Source: Solirubrobacterales bacterium
GTDB lineage: Bacteria > Actinomycetota > Thermoleophilia > Solirubrobacterales > 70-9
DNA: 64,000 nt
Reading direction: 5' to 3'
Assembly: GCA_046330305.1 (NCBI GenBank)
Contig: JAXLTA010000009.1
Coordinates: forward strand, 7,349-71,348
Shown: one piece after another, positions 43,216-51,867 of the stretch
Position numbering within the stretch: position 1 is the stretch's first letter
Layout of the letters: each line of letters opens with the position of its first letter
The notes under the pieces: generated by a model
Database searches by the model: none
What the model saw: only the letters and a program-made list of their open reading frames with translations
Told to the model about the DNA's origin: nothing
Made by a program: the position numbers and the translations under genes

Positions 43216-43824
43216 CTACTCGGAGACGAGCAGGTAGCGCGCGGTGGCGGCGCCGACCTCGAAGGCGTCGGCGGAGTCGCGCTCGGGGTCGGAGAGGACC
43301 TGGAGCGCGAGGCCGTCGGCGAGGGCGAAGAGGTAGGAGACGACGGCCTCGGCGCCGAAGCGGAGGCTGATCACGCCCTCGCTCTCCTTCGCCCGCAGCA
43401 CCTCGGCGACGTGGGAGCGGGTGCGCTCGAAGAGCTGGCCGACCTCGCGCTGGATGTCGGGGTTGCGGCGGCCGGCGCTGAACAGCTCGAAGAGCAGGAG
43501 GAAGAAGCCGGGATCGTTGTCGATCATGTCGGTGAGGCTGGCCACCAGGCCGTCGAGGACGTCGTCGACGGTGCGCGCCTGGGCGAGCAGCTCGTCGAGG
43601 CGCGCGATCCGCAGCTCGGCGTCGCGGCGAACCACCTCGACCAGGAGCCGCTCCTTGGTGCCGAAGTAATAGTGGAGCAGGCCGCGGCTGACGCCGGCCT
43701 CGCGGGCAACGTGCTCGAAGGTGGAGCCGGCGGCGCCGCGCTGGGCGACGCTGGTCCGCATCGCGTCGACGATCCGCTGCGCCTTGTCGCCGCTGAGCTC
43801 GCGCTCCTTCGTCGCCGCCTCCAC
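43216..43824 (-). CDS. TetR/AcrR-family transcriptional regulator
   Basis: Contains STFEHVAREAGVSRGLLHYYFGTKERLL (TetR HTH). Confidence 0.92.
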   Translation of the reverse strand: MEAATKERELSGDKAQRIVDAMRTSVAQRGAAGSTFEHVAREAGVSRGLLHYYFGTKERLLVEVVRRDAELRIARLDELLAQARTVDDVLDGLVASLTDMIDNDPGFFLLLFELFSAGRRNPDIQREVGQLFERTRSHVAEVLRAKESEGVISLRFGAEAVVSYLFALADGLALQVLSDPERDSADAFEVGAATARYLLVSE

Positions 43825-43839
43825 CTTCCAGTCCTCCGG

Positions 43840-44283
43840 CTAGGAGCCGTTGATGCTGGTCGTGCTGGTGTACTCGAACTCCTCTTCGGCGCCGAAGAGG
43901 GCGTCGAGCACGGCCTTGCGGGCGCCCTCGCTGACGATCAGAGCGACGATGCCGCCGACGATCGCGAGCAGGAGGAGGCGGCCGAGTCGGCTGCGGCGCT
44001 TGGGCGGCTTGCGCAGGCGCTCGCTCGCCTCCTGCAGGTTCTCGGCAGCCTTGCGCAGTTCCTTCTGGACCTTCTTGTCGCTGGTCACGGCCTTGACCGG
44101 GCCCTTGCCGTTGCCGGTCGCCCGGCCGTAGGCGGTGCGCGCCGATTCGAAGGCGTCGCGCAGGTTGTCGCGCAGATCTTCGTCCTCGATCAGGCGCTGC
44201 ACGTAGGGGTTCTCCCGCGCCGCGGAATACATGTCGCCGGCCTTGCCTGCCGCCGCCTTCTTGGTCTTCGCCATCCCGTTCAC
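43840..44283 (-). CDS. Hypothetical protein with a charged helical N-terminal part and one C-terminal TM span
   Basis: Clean ORF. Contains LGRLLLLAIVGGIVALIV as the TM span. No family recognised. Confidence 0.6.
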   Translation of the reverse strand: MNGMAKTKKAAAGKAGDMYSAARENPYVQRLIEDEDLRDNLRDAFESARTAYGRATGNGKGPVKAVTSDKKVQKELRKAAENLQEASERLRKPPKRRSRLGRLLLLAIVGGIVALIVSEGARKAVLDALFGAEEEFEYTSTTSINGS

Positions 44284-44365
44284 TCCCTCGCTGGTCTGCA
44301 GTTCGCTCTCGCAGGATATACCCGGAAAGCGCAGGGGCTAGCCCGATGTCCGACGGGTGGCGGGG

Positions 44366-45901
44366 TCAGCCGGGGCCGATCCCGTCGAGGAGGACCCCGT
44401 TACTGCGGAAATTGAGGCGCGCGTCGCGAAGGTGGCGCAGGCGCAGCGGCGCCAGCCCCGGGCCGGGCAGGCGGTAGCGGCGGATGAACAGCGGGCCGGC
44501 GGCTTCGTGGCCGGCTTCGCGGAAGCCCGGCCCGAGGACGTGGCGCCCCGGCGGCGGCACGTGCCCCTGCGAGATCAGGTCGATTTCACCGACCCGCCAG
44601 CGGAAGCGTTCGGACGCGCGCACCTGGAAGGAGCCGGTCGAGAGGTAGTGGCGGAGCGGCGCCTCGCCCAGCGTCCAGGTCACCAGCGCCCGCGGCCGCT
44701 GTGGTTCGCCGAGGCGGGCGGCGACGGCGTCCCAGTTCGGCCGCTGCAGCTGCGCCATCGTGCTGGCGGCGACGCAGAAGCCGAGCGAGTAGACCAGCAG
44801 CGCGGCCGCGAGGACAGCGCCGAGCCAGCCGGCGCGGCGCACCGTGAGCCCGATCGCGACGAGGACGAGCAACGGCACCAGCGCCGGGATCAGGTTGCGG
44901 GCGAGGACGTAGTCCTTGCTGGTGGAGAGCAGCGCCAGCGCGATCGGGATCCCGAGCGCGGCCAGCGCCGCGGTCAACGGCAGCGCCGCCGCCCGGCGCT
45001 CGTCGCGGTCGCCGCGCCAGAGCAGCAGGCCGAAGGCGGCCAGGCACAGCGCCAGCGGCGCGAAGGCGAGCCCCGGCCGCTCGGGCTGGCCGATGATGTC
45101 GCCGGTCTCGCCGGTGACGAAGGTCGCCGCCGTTTCCCAGAGCCGGTGGCCGAGCGAGTACTCGCCGATCCATTCGGCGTGCCCGAGCGAGGCCTGGTGG
45201 ATCGCCAGCGGCGCCAGCAGCAGCGCGCCGAGCCCGACGATCGAGAGCCCCGGCAGCGCCTCCCGGCCGCGCCGGCGCAGCAGCACCGCGGCCTCGCCGG
45301 CGATGAGGAAGGCGGCGAAGTAGTGGGTGGCGAGGGCGAGGGCGGAGACGGCGCCCCACCAGATCAGGTCGCGGCGGCGGCCGTAGCGAACGGTGCGCAC
45401 GCAGTAGAGCAGCGAGACCGCGCAGAGCAGCGTCACCAGCGCGTAGGCGCGCGCCTCCTGCGAGTACCAGAGCAGCATCGGGTTGACGGCGGCCAGCGCC
45501 GCCGCCATCAGCCCGGCGCGGCGCCCGCGCAGCTCGGCGGCGAGCAGGTAGACGACGGGGACGGTCGCGACCCCGGCGACGGCCGAGAGCGAGCGCAGCC
45601 CCCACTCGCCGGTGCCGGTCGCCTGCACCCAGACCCAGGCCAGCGCGTAGTAGAGCGGCGGCGTCGACTCGCTGAACCCGACCGCGTCCATCGCGTGGCC
45701 GAAGCCGCCGCGCAGGACCCGGCTGGCGGTGACGATCTCGTCGTGGTGGTAGCTCTGGTCGCCGAGGGTGAGGAAGCGCAGCAGCGCCGCCGCCGCGGTC
45801 AGCCCGGCGACGATCCAGAAGACCCGTGAGCGCGCCCGCGCCGCCTCCGCGAGCGCGGTCAACGGCGCCGGGGCACCGCGCCGGAGGGCTCCCGCCTCCA
45901 C
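44366..45901 (-). CDS. Polytopic membrane glycosyltransferase (GT39/GT83-like, PMT_2/ArnT-type)
   Basis: About 10 TM spans. The N-terminal LRFLTLGDQSYHHDEIVTASRVL...STPPLYYALAW is typical of ArnT/PMT-like enzymes. Confidence 0.75.
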   Translation of the reverse strand: MEAGALRRGAPAPLTALAEAARARSRVFWIVAGLTAAAALLRFLTLGDQSYHHDEIVTASRVLRGGFGHAMDAVGFSESTPPLYYALAWVWVQATGTGEWGLRSLSAVAGVATVPVVYLLAAELRGRRAGLMAAALAAVNPMLLWYSQEARAYALVTLLCAVSLLYCVRTVRYGRRRDLIWWGAVSALALATHYFAAFLIAGEAAVLLRRRGREALPGLSIVGLGALLLAPLAIHQASLGHAEWIGEYSLGHRLWETAATFVTGETGDIIGQPERPGLAFAPLALCLAAFGLLLWRGDRDERRAAALPLTAALAALGIPIALALLSTSKDYVLARNLIPALVPLLVLVAIGLTVRRAGWLGAVLAAALLVYSLGFCVAASTMAQLQRPNWDAVAARLGEPQRPRALVTWTLGEAPLRHYLSTGSFQVRASERFRWRVGEIDLISQGHVPPPGRHVLGPGFREAGHEAAGPLFIRRYRLPGPGLAPLRLRHLRDARLNFRSNGVLLDGIGPG

Positions 45902-45903
45902 CG

Positions 45904-48291
45904 CTACCTGAGGGCGACGTCGAGCGCCTGGGAGACCTCGTCGACGAAGACGAACTCCAGGCCACCGAGCTCGTGCTCGGGTATCTCAGCGACGTCCCCC
46001 GCGTTGCGCTCCGGAACTATGACCCGCTTGATCCCCGCCCGCTGGGCCGCCAGCGACTTCTCCTTGAGGCCGCCGATCGGCAGCACCTGTCCGGTCAGGG
46101 TCACCTCGCCGGTCATCGCCACATCGTTGCGCACCGGCCGGCCGCTGACCAGGGAGGCGAGCGCGACGGTCATCGCCACCCCCGCCGAGGGACCGTCCTT
46201 GGGCACCGCTCCCGCCGGCACGTGGACGTGGATGTCGTGCTCGGCGAACCACTCCTCGCCGAGCTTCGGCGCGACCTCGCGCCAGTGGCCGCGGACGTAG
46301 GAGAGCGCCGCCTGCGCCGACTCCTTCATCACCTCGCCGAGCTGGCCGGTGATCGTCAGCTTGCCGCCGCCGGGCATCGCCGTCGCCTCGATGAAGAGGA
46401 CGTCGCCGCCGACCGGCGTCCAGGCGAGCCCGGTGGCGACGCCGGGGACCTTGGTGCGGCGCCGCTGCTCGGCGAAGACGCGGCGGCGGCCGAGCAGCTC
46501 ACGAGCCCGTTTGGCGGAGACCGTGACCTTGCGCTTGACCCTGCCCTCGGCGACTTCGCGGGCGACTTTGCGGCAGACGGTGCCGATCTGGCGCTCGAGG
46601 TTGCGGACCCCGGCCTCACGCGTGTACTCCTCGGCGATCGCTTTCAGGGCGGCGTCGGAGAAGGCGATCTGCGAGGGCTTCAGCCCGTTGGCGGCGATCT
46701 GGCGGGCGACCAGGTAGCGGCGCGCGATGTGGAGCTTCTCGTCGAGCGTGTAGCCGGAGAGCTCGATCGTCTCCATGCGGTCGAGCAGCGGTCCCGGGAT
46801 CGTGTCGAGGACGTTGGCGGTGGCGATGAAGACGACGTCGGAGAGGTCGAACTCGAGGTCTAGGTAGTGGTCGCGGAAGCTGTCGTTCTGCGCCGGGTCG
46901 AGGACCTCGAGCATCGCCGAGGCGGGGTCGCCGCGGAAGTCGGCGCCCATCTTGTCGATCTCGTCGATCATGAAGACCGGGTTCTTCGAGGCGGCGTCGC
47001 GGAGGGCGCGGACGATGGTGCCGGGGAGGGCGCCGATGTAGGTGCGGCGGTGGCCGCGGATCTCCGCCTCGTCGCGGACCCCGCCGACCGAGATCCGCTC
47101 GAAGTTGCGGCCGAGGGCCCTGGCGATCGAGCGGCCGAGGCTGGTCTTGCCGACGCCGGGCGGTCCGACGAAGCAGAGGATCGGGCCCGGGCTCTCCGGG
47201 TTGAGGCTGCGCACGGCGAGGTACTCGAGGATCCGGTCCTTGACCTTCTCGAGGTCGTAGTGGTCGGCGTCGAGGACCTCGCGGGCGTGGCCGATGTCGA
47301 GGTCGTCCTCGGTCTTGACCGACCAGGGCAGCTCGACCAGCCACTCCAAATAGGTGCGGATGACCCCGTGCTCGGCGGCCGCGGGCGGCAGCTTCTCGAG
47401 CCGGGAGAGCTCGCGATCGGCGGCCTTGCGGGCCTGCTCGGGGAGCTGGGCGGCCTCGATCCGCTCGCGCAGTTCGTTGACTTCGGCCTGCTGCTCGTCG
47501 CCCTCCCCCAGCTCCTCCTGGATCGCTTTCAGCTGCTGGCGGAGGACGAACTCGCGCTGGCCCTTGTCGACTTCGGACTGGACCTGGGACTGGATCTGGG
47601 TGCCGAGCTGGATCACCTCGAGCTCGCGGGCGAGGATCCGCGAGAGGTGGCGCAGGCGCTTGCCGACGTCGACCTCTTCGAGCAGCTTCTGCTTCTCCTC
47701 GGTGCCGATCCGCAGCGAGCCCGCGATCAGGCTGCCGAGCGAGGCCGGGTCATCGATGTTGGCGACCGCGAGGCGCAGCTCCTCCGGCAGGTAGGGGATG
47801 TGCTCGACGATCTCCGAGAAGGTGCTCTGGACGTTGCGGGAGAGCGCCTCGAGCTCGGCACTGGGCTCGGAGACGTCGGGCTGCTCGGTGATCCGGGCGA
47901 CCAGGTAGGGCCGCTCGGTTACGAAGGAGTCGAGGCGGACGCGCTGCATCCCCTGGACGAGGATCCGCAGGCTGCCGTCGGGGACCTTGACCATGCGGGC
48001 GACGACGCCGACGACGCCGACCTCGTAGAGGTCGTCGGGGCCGGGCTCCTCGACCTCGGGATCGCGCGAGGCCACCATCACCAGCATCCGGTTGGTGCCG
48101 AGGACGTCGTCGACGAGGCGGATCGAGCGCGGCTGGCCGACCGCCAGCGGGTTGAGCGTTTCCGGGAAGCTGACCGAGTCGCGCAACGGCAGCACCGGCA
48201 GGGCGTCGGGCAGGGGCTGGTTGGCGCGGATCGCCTCCTCTGCCTCGAACGGCGACTCGACTACCTCCAGGACCGGGCTCCCCTCCATCAT
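45904..48291 (-). CDS. lon: ATP-dependent Lon protease (LonA)
   Basis: Contains LPVLPLRDSVSFPE (LON N-domain), GPPGVGKTSLGRSIA (Walker A), VFMIDEIDKM and PKDGPSAGVAMTVALASL (catalytic Ser). Confidence 0.95.
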   Translation of the reverse strand: MMEGSPVLEVVESPFEAEEAIRANQPLPDALPVLPLRDSVSFPETLNPLAVGQPRSIRLVDDVLGTNRMLVMVASRDPEVEEPGPDDLYEVGVVGVVARMVKVPDGSLRILVQGMQRVRLDSFVTERPYLVARITEQPDVSEPSAELEALSRNVQSTFSEIVEHIPYLPEELRLAVANIDDPASLGSLIAGSLRIGTEEKQKLLEEVDVGKRLRHLSRILARELEVIQLGTQIQSQVQSEVDKGQREFVLRQQLKAIQEELGEGDEQQAEVNELRERIEAAQLPEQARKAADRELSRLEKLPPAAAEHGVIRTYLEWLVELPWSVKTEDDLDIGHAREVLDADHYDLEKVKDRILEYLAVRSLNPESPGPILCFVGPPGVGKTSLGRSIARALGRNFERISVGGVRDEAEIRGHRRTYIGALPGTIVRALRDAASKNPVFMIDEIDKMGADFRGDPASAMLEVLDPAQNDSFRDHYLDLEFDLSDVVFIATANVLDTIPGPLLDRMETIELSGYTLDEKLHIARRYLVARQIAANGLKPSQIAFSDAALKAIAEEYTREAGVRNLERQIGTVCRKVAREVAEGRVKRKVTVSAKRARELLGRRRVFAEQRRRTKVPGVATGLAWTPVGGDVLFIEATAMPGGGKLTITGQLGEVMKESAQAALSYVRGHWREVAPKLGEEWFAEHDIHVHVPAGAVPKDGPSAGVAMTVALASLVSGRPVRNDVAMTGEVTLTGQVLPIGGLKEKSLAAQRAGIKRVIVPERNAGDVAEIPEHELGGLEFVFVDEVSQALDVALR

Positions 48292-48301
48292 CGGCCGCCC
48301 A

Positions 48302-48802
48302 TCACTTGCGCCCGATCGGCACGCGGCGGGTGGTCTCGCCGGGGTCGCGCAGGGGCAGCTCGATGCGCAGCACTCCGTCCTCGTAGGTGGCGCTGGCGGC
48401 TTCGGCGTCGACCTCGACCTGGAGCTCGATCAGCCGCCGGAAGGGGCCCGAGGGGATCTCGATCTGCTGGTAGACGCGGCCCTCGGTCTCCTGCAGCTGG
48501 CGTTCGCCGGTGATCGCGACGTGGCGGCTGCCGACCTCGATCCCGACCTCTCCAAGGGCGACGCCGGCGAGGTCGACTTTGACGACCGCGCGCTGCGGCT
48601 CGCCGCAGTAGTAGACGTCGACGCTGGGCGAGAAGCCGCTGCTGCGGCGCTGCACGTAGCGGGCGCGGCCCCAGGCGTCGCCGAGCATCTGGTCCATCTC
48701 GCGGCGCATGCGGGCGAAGTCCGAGAAGAGGTCGCGCTGGGGCACGACCAAAACATAGCCAGCGGCCGCGGTCCGGCGGCTGGTGGCGGAGCGGCCGGGC
48801 AC
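48302..48802 (-). CDS. Hsp20/alpha-crystallin small heat-shock protein (the true start may be downstream of the ORF maximum)
   Basis: FSPSVDVYYCGEPQRAVVKVDLAGV...ATYEDGVLRIELP is an alpha-crystallin domain. Its stop lies 10 nt upstream of the lon start. Confidence 0.88.
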   Translation of the reverse strand: MPGRSATSRRTAAAGYVLVVPQRDLFSDFARMRREMDQMLGDAWGRARYVQRRSSGFSPSVDVYYCGEPQRAVVKVDLAGVALGEVGIEVGSRHVAITGERQLQETEGRVYQQIEIPSGPFRRLIELQVEVDAEAASATYEDGVLRIELPLRDPGETTRRVPIGRK

Positions 48803-48836
48803 GAGGCGCCGGCGACGAGGCTGGCCGGCGGCGTGC

Positions 48837-49037
48837 CTAGGCGGCCTGGGCGCGGGAGGCCCAGCGCGGGGCCCGCATCAGCAGAACCGGCTGCTTCGGC
48901 GGGACCAGGCCCTCGGGCCGGTTGGGACGGAAGGTCGCGCAGGGCTCGCCCAGCTCCAGGGCGCAGAGCAGATTGCGGTGGAAGTAGCAGTCCTCGCAGG
49001 TGGGGGGCTTCGGCTTGCGCGGCATCGGGGTCGCCAT
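48837..49037 (-). CDS. Small (66 aa) Cys-containing hypothetical protein
   Basis: The in-frame ATG is the complement of 49035..49037. The product is MATPMPRKPKPPTCEDCYFHRNLLCALELGEPCATFRPNRPEGLVPPK. The four Cys could form a metal site. Support is codon bias only. Confidence 0.4.
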   Translation of the reverse strand: MATPMPRKPKPPTCEDCYFHRNLLCALELGEPCATFRPNRPEGLVPPKQPVLLMRAPRWASRAQAA

Positions 49038-49208
49038 CCAAGCACTCCGGCCCGTCCGTCGCGAGCAGGGAATTCGCAAATCGCAACCTTCTTGTGAACG
49101 GCTCGGCAACATCTTCCCCGCGTCTTGCGGAGGGGCGGGGAAAACCCGCATCGCGGCCGGCGGCAGGACACCCGGACCCCGGAGCCGGCGGCGCTAGAAT
49201 TCCCGCCG

Positions 49209-49850
49209 ATGGAGGCTCATACCACCCCGAGCCGGCGCAGCGAAAAGCTCGCCGCCTCTCCCCCGCTTTTCAAAAGCGAGTTCCTCAACTTCTTCTCCCG
49301 CGTCCACCCGGCGATCCCGGCGCTGATCTTCGTCCCGGTCGTCGTCGTCATGGAGTGGCTTGCCTTCGACAAGGGCTGGGACCTCTGGCAGGTCGTGGTC
49401 CTGACCCTGGCCGGCATCGCCTTCTGGACGCTGACCGAGTACTGGCTGCACCGGCTGGTCTTCCACTGGGAGCCGGACAACGCCTTCGGTCGGCGGATGC
49501 ACTTCATCATCCACGGCATCCATCACGACCACCCCAACGACAAGCTCCGCCTGGTGATGCCCCCTTCGGTCTCGATTCCCCTGGCCGCCCTCTTCTTCCT
49601 CGTCTTCTGGCTGATCCTCGGCAACGCCGCCTTCCCCGTCTTCGCCGGCTTCATCGGCGGCTACCTCGCCTACGACTACACGCACTACTACGTCCACCAC
49701 TTCGTGCCGAAGACCCGCTTCGGCAAACGCCTGCGCGAACACCACATGCGCCACCACTTCCAGGACCACCGCTACGGCTACGGCGTCTCCTCGCCCGTCT
49801 GGGACGTCGCCTTCAAGACCCTGCCGAGGCAGCGGAAGCAGCGGGACTAG
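49209..49850 (+). CDS. Fatty acid hydroxylase / sterol desaturase superfamily membrane protein
   Basis: Histidine boxes are present: WLHRLVFHW, IHGIHHDHPND, HYYVHH and HHMRHHF. The ATG at 49209 is in frame within ORF 49125..49850. Confidence 0.85.
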   Translation: MEAHTTPSRRSEKLAASPPLFKSEFLNFFSRVHPAIPALIFVPVVVVMEWLAFDKGWDLWQVVVLTLAGIAFWTLTEYWLHRLVFHWEPDNAFGRRMHFIIHGIHHDHPNDKLRLVMPPSVSIPLAALFFLVFWLILGNAAFPVFAGFIGGYLAYDYTHYYVHHFVPKTRFGKRLREHHMRHHFQDHRYGYGVSSPVWDVAFKTLPRQRKQRD

Positions 49851-49908
49851 GCGGTCGGGGCGCTCGCGGGCAGTGCCCCCGACGGCCAAGGGACGGAGGT
49901 TCGCGAGA

Positions 49909-50030
49909 GGGAGGGGTGGGGTGTCCCTCTTCACTCGGCCGTGTCGTCGGGGGGAAGCTTTCAAGCTTCTCGCCCGCAGCCCAGCCCTCCTCAGCCGCAA
50001 AACGTTCAGAGGAACACCCCACCCCTCCCC
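49909..50030. repeat. Element copy B, left-arm rod hairpin
   Basis: GGGAGGGGTGGGGTGTCCCTCT (49909..49930) pairs with AGAGGAACACCCCACCCCTCCC (50008..50029). The apical stem is GAAGCTT-TC-AAGCTTC. Confidence 0.75.
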
Positions 50031-50259
50031 TGGCAACAAGAACCGCCGCCCGCGCCCGCGCCCAAAGCTTCAAAGGGACGAAGGCGCCCCGCCGAAAACG
50101 CAGTTCCGCTCGCTATGCGAGTGAAAGTGCGTTCTCAACGGGCGGTGATGGAAGCGCGTTCTCAAGCACCGTTGAAAGCGCCAAGACATCCCGTGGTTCC
50201 TTGTGGACGCTCTGGGTCCGCAAGGAACCACGGGATGGGAAAACGCCGGCCTTGCGGAG

Positions 50260-50302
50260 GCGTGGTTCCTTACGGTCGCCTGGCGACCGTTAGGAACCAC
50301 GC
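50260..50302. repeat. Element copy B, core hairpin H3
   Basis: GCGTGGTTCCTTACGGTCGCC-T-GGCGACCGTTAGGAACCACGC has one T-T mismatch (50271/50291) relative to the perfect copy A. Confidence 0.8.
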
Positions 50303-51799
50303 GATTGGAGGCCTTGGTCCCTTGGGGGCTCTTCGAGAGACGGTGGCCCTGGTCCCTTTCAAGCTCTGGGCAAGGGGGCGGGGCCTCGTCTTGTCCGGGA
50401 GCTCCCGGGGTTGGGGGGCCGGTGGACTCTTCAGGGAGGGTCGGGTGACCCTCTGAACGTTTTGCGGCTGAGGAGGGCTGGGCTTCGGGCGACAGCTTTC
50501 CCCACTCCCCGACGACGACACGGCCGAGTGAAGAGGGTCACCCGACCCTCCCGACCAGCCCCTCGTCCCCCGCCCCTGCGAGCCCCCGTCCCTTACAGCG
50601 GCCCCCCTCAACGCCAGCTCCAACTCGAACCGTCGGTCCGGATCGACGAGCGAATCGCCGAGCAGCTCGCGAAGCCGGGCGATCCGGTAGCGGGCTGTCT
50701 GCGGATGGATCTGCAGCTCGGTGGCGATCGCCACCGCGTTGCCGCCGTGGCGGACGTGGGCGAGGGCGGTCTCGCGCATCCGCGCTCTGGCCTTTGGCGT
50801 GAGGTCAGCAAGCGGGGCGAGGCGGATGGCGGCGATGCGGGCGGTGAGGGCGGCGCCCTGGGCCAGCAGGAGTGCGGCGAGGTGGTCGTCGGCGCGCAGG
50901 AGGCCGGCCGGGGGGACGGCGCCGCTCTCGGACGCGCGCAACAGGGCGCCGGCGAGGGCCCATGAGTCGGCCAGCCCCGAAGGCGCGGCGGCCGGGCCGA
51001 GAGCCAGGCGCGAGGAGACGGCGGCGCGCTCCAGGACGGTGGCGCGGCCGGGACCGTCGGGGTCGGGGATGACCAGGCAGCCGACCCCCTCCCGCGCCAC
51101 CGCCAGGGTCTCCGGCGGCAGGCGGCGCGCCAGCGCCGCCAGGTCGGCCTCGGCGCAGGCGGCAGCGGCGGCGAGCCGGGGCAGCCGCCAGGCGGCGGCT
51201 CGAGCGGCGGCGGTCAGCTCGTCCGGCGCGGCCGGGGGCTCGGCGAGGAGCAGTCCGGCGAGCCGGCGACGGCGCTCGCGGCGCTCGTCCTCGACCTCGG
51301 CCTGGGCCGCGGCGTACCCCTCGGCCGAGTCGGCGGACAGCTCGTCGATGTAGGCGAATATCGCCTCGGCCAGCAGGATCAGCGGCTGGGGGCCGATGCC
51401 GGCCTCACCGCAAGCCGCGGCGATCCGGCGCCAGGCCACGCGGGCGCCGGAGCGATACGCGGCGAGCAGCGAGTCGAGCGCTCTGCCCTCGCGCTGCTCG
51501 CCACGGCCGAGCTCCACATAGACCTCGCGCCCCGTCCCCCGGCCGGCGTCCGGATCGCGGATCAGGGCGACGAACTGCCGCAGCGCCTCGCCTACCCCCG
51601 TGCGGAGGTTGCGGCCGAAGTTGCCCTCCAGCGGCCGGGCGTACTCGGGAACCTGGAGGGAGATCGTCGCCAGGATCTCGCCGGTGATGGCGGGCAGCTC
51701 CGGCTCGATCACGTCGGCGACGGCGGCGGGCAGGTCGCGCCACGGCTCGGCTGCCACTCCGGCCCCGCCGCGGGTCGCGGTATCGGACTTTTTTGGCAT
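50270..51799 (-). CDS. PucR-family transcriptional regulator. The ORF as it stands reads about 111 codons into repeat copy B.
   Basis: The C-terminal HTH reads GNAVAIATELQIHPQTARYRIARLRELLGDSL...RRFELELALR. After that point (about 50604) the frame continues through the repeat (GAAVRDGGSQGRG...PIAWFLTVARRP) to a TAA at 50270..50272. Confidence 0.75.
   Translation of the reverse strand: MPKKSDTATRGGAGVAAEPWRDLPAAVADVIEPELPAITGEILATISLQVPEYARPLEGNFGRNLRTGVGEALRQFVALIRDPDAGRGTGREVYVELGRGEQREGRALDSLLAAYRSGARVAWRRIAAACGEAGIGPQPLILLAEAIFAYIDELSADSAEGYAAAQAEVEDERRERRRRLAGLLLAEPPAAPDELTAAARAAAWRLPRLAAAAACAEADLAALARRLPPETLAVAREGVGCLVIPDPDGPGRATVLERAAVSSRLALGPAAAPSGLADSWALAGALLRASESGAVPPAGLLRADDHLAALLLAQGAALTARIAAIRLAPLADLTPKARARMRETALAHVRHGGNAVAIATELQIHPQTARYRIARLRELLGDSLVDPDRRFELELALRGAAVRDGGSQGRGTRGWSGGSGDPLHSAVSSSGSGESCRPKPSPPQPQNVQRVTRPSLKSPPAPQPRELPDKTRPRPLAQSLKGTRATVSRRAPKGPRPPIAWFLTVARRP
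50434..50552. repeat. Element copy B, right-arm rod hairpin
   Basis: 50434..50454 pairs perfectly with 50532..50552. The stem sequence is the same as in copy A. Confidence 0.8.
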
Positions 51800-51867
51800 T
51801 TACCTTACAAATATAGCTACAAAAGCTTGGGAAATACGCGATTTAATGGCATCAAGACACGGGTACC
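51800..51867. promoter_or_regulatory. AT-rich divergent promoter region between the PucR-family regulator and the desaturase
   Basis: This is the only AT-rich stretch locally (TTACAAATATAGCTACAAAAGCTTGGGAAATACGCGATTTAATGG). It contains a direct repeat, TACAAA-N6-TACAAA. I could not place hexamers confidently. Confidence 0.4.

Larger units (their letters stand above)
49884..50604. repeat. Copy B of the nested-palindromic MITE-like element
   Basis: It is collinear with 38626..39384, in the same orientation. It starts 33 nt after the stop at 49850, and its right end runs into the PucR-family ORF. Boundaries are good to about 10 bp. Confidence 0.8.

Noticed and set aside
38626-50604. Composite-transposon or genomic-island reading of the 10.5 kb bracketed by the two direct repeat copies
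   Set aside because: The intervening genes (amidase, MMPL, tetR, GT39-like, lon, hsp20, hydroxylase) have native GC and codon usage and include core stress genes. There is no transposase, integrase or tRNA boundary. Recombination between the copies could still delete the segment, but I see no evidence that it is a mobile unit.
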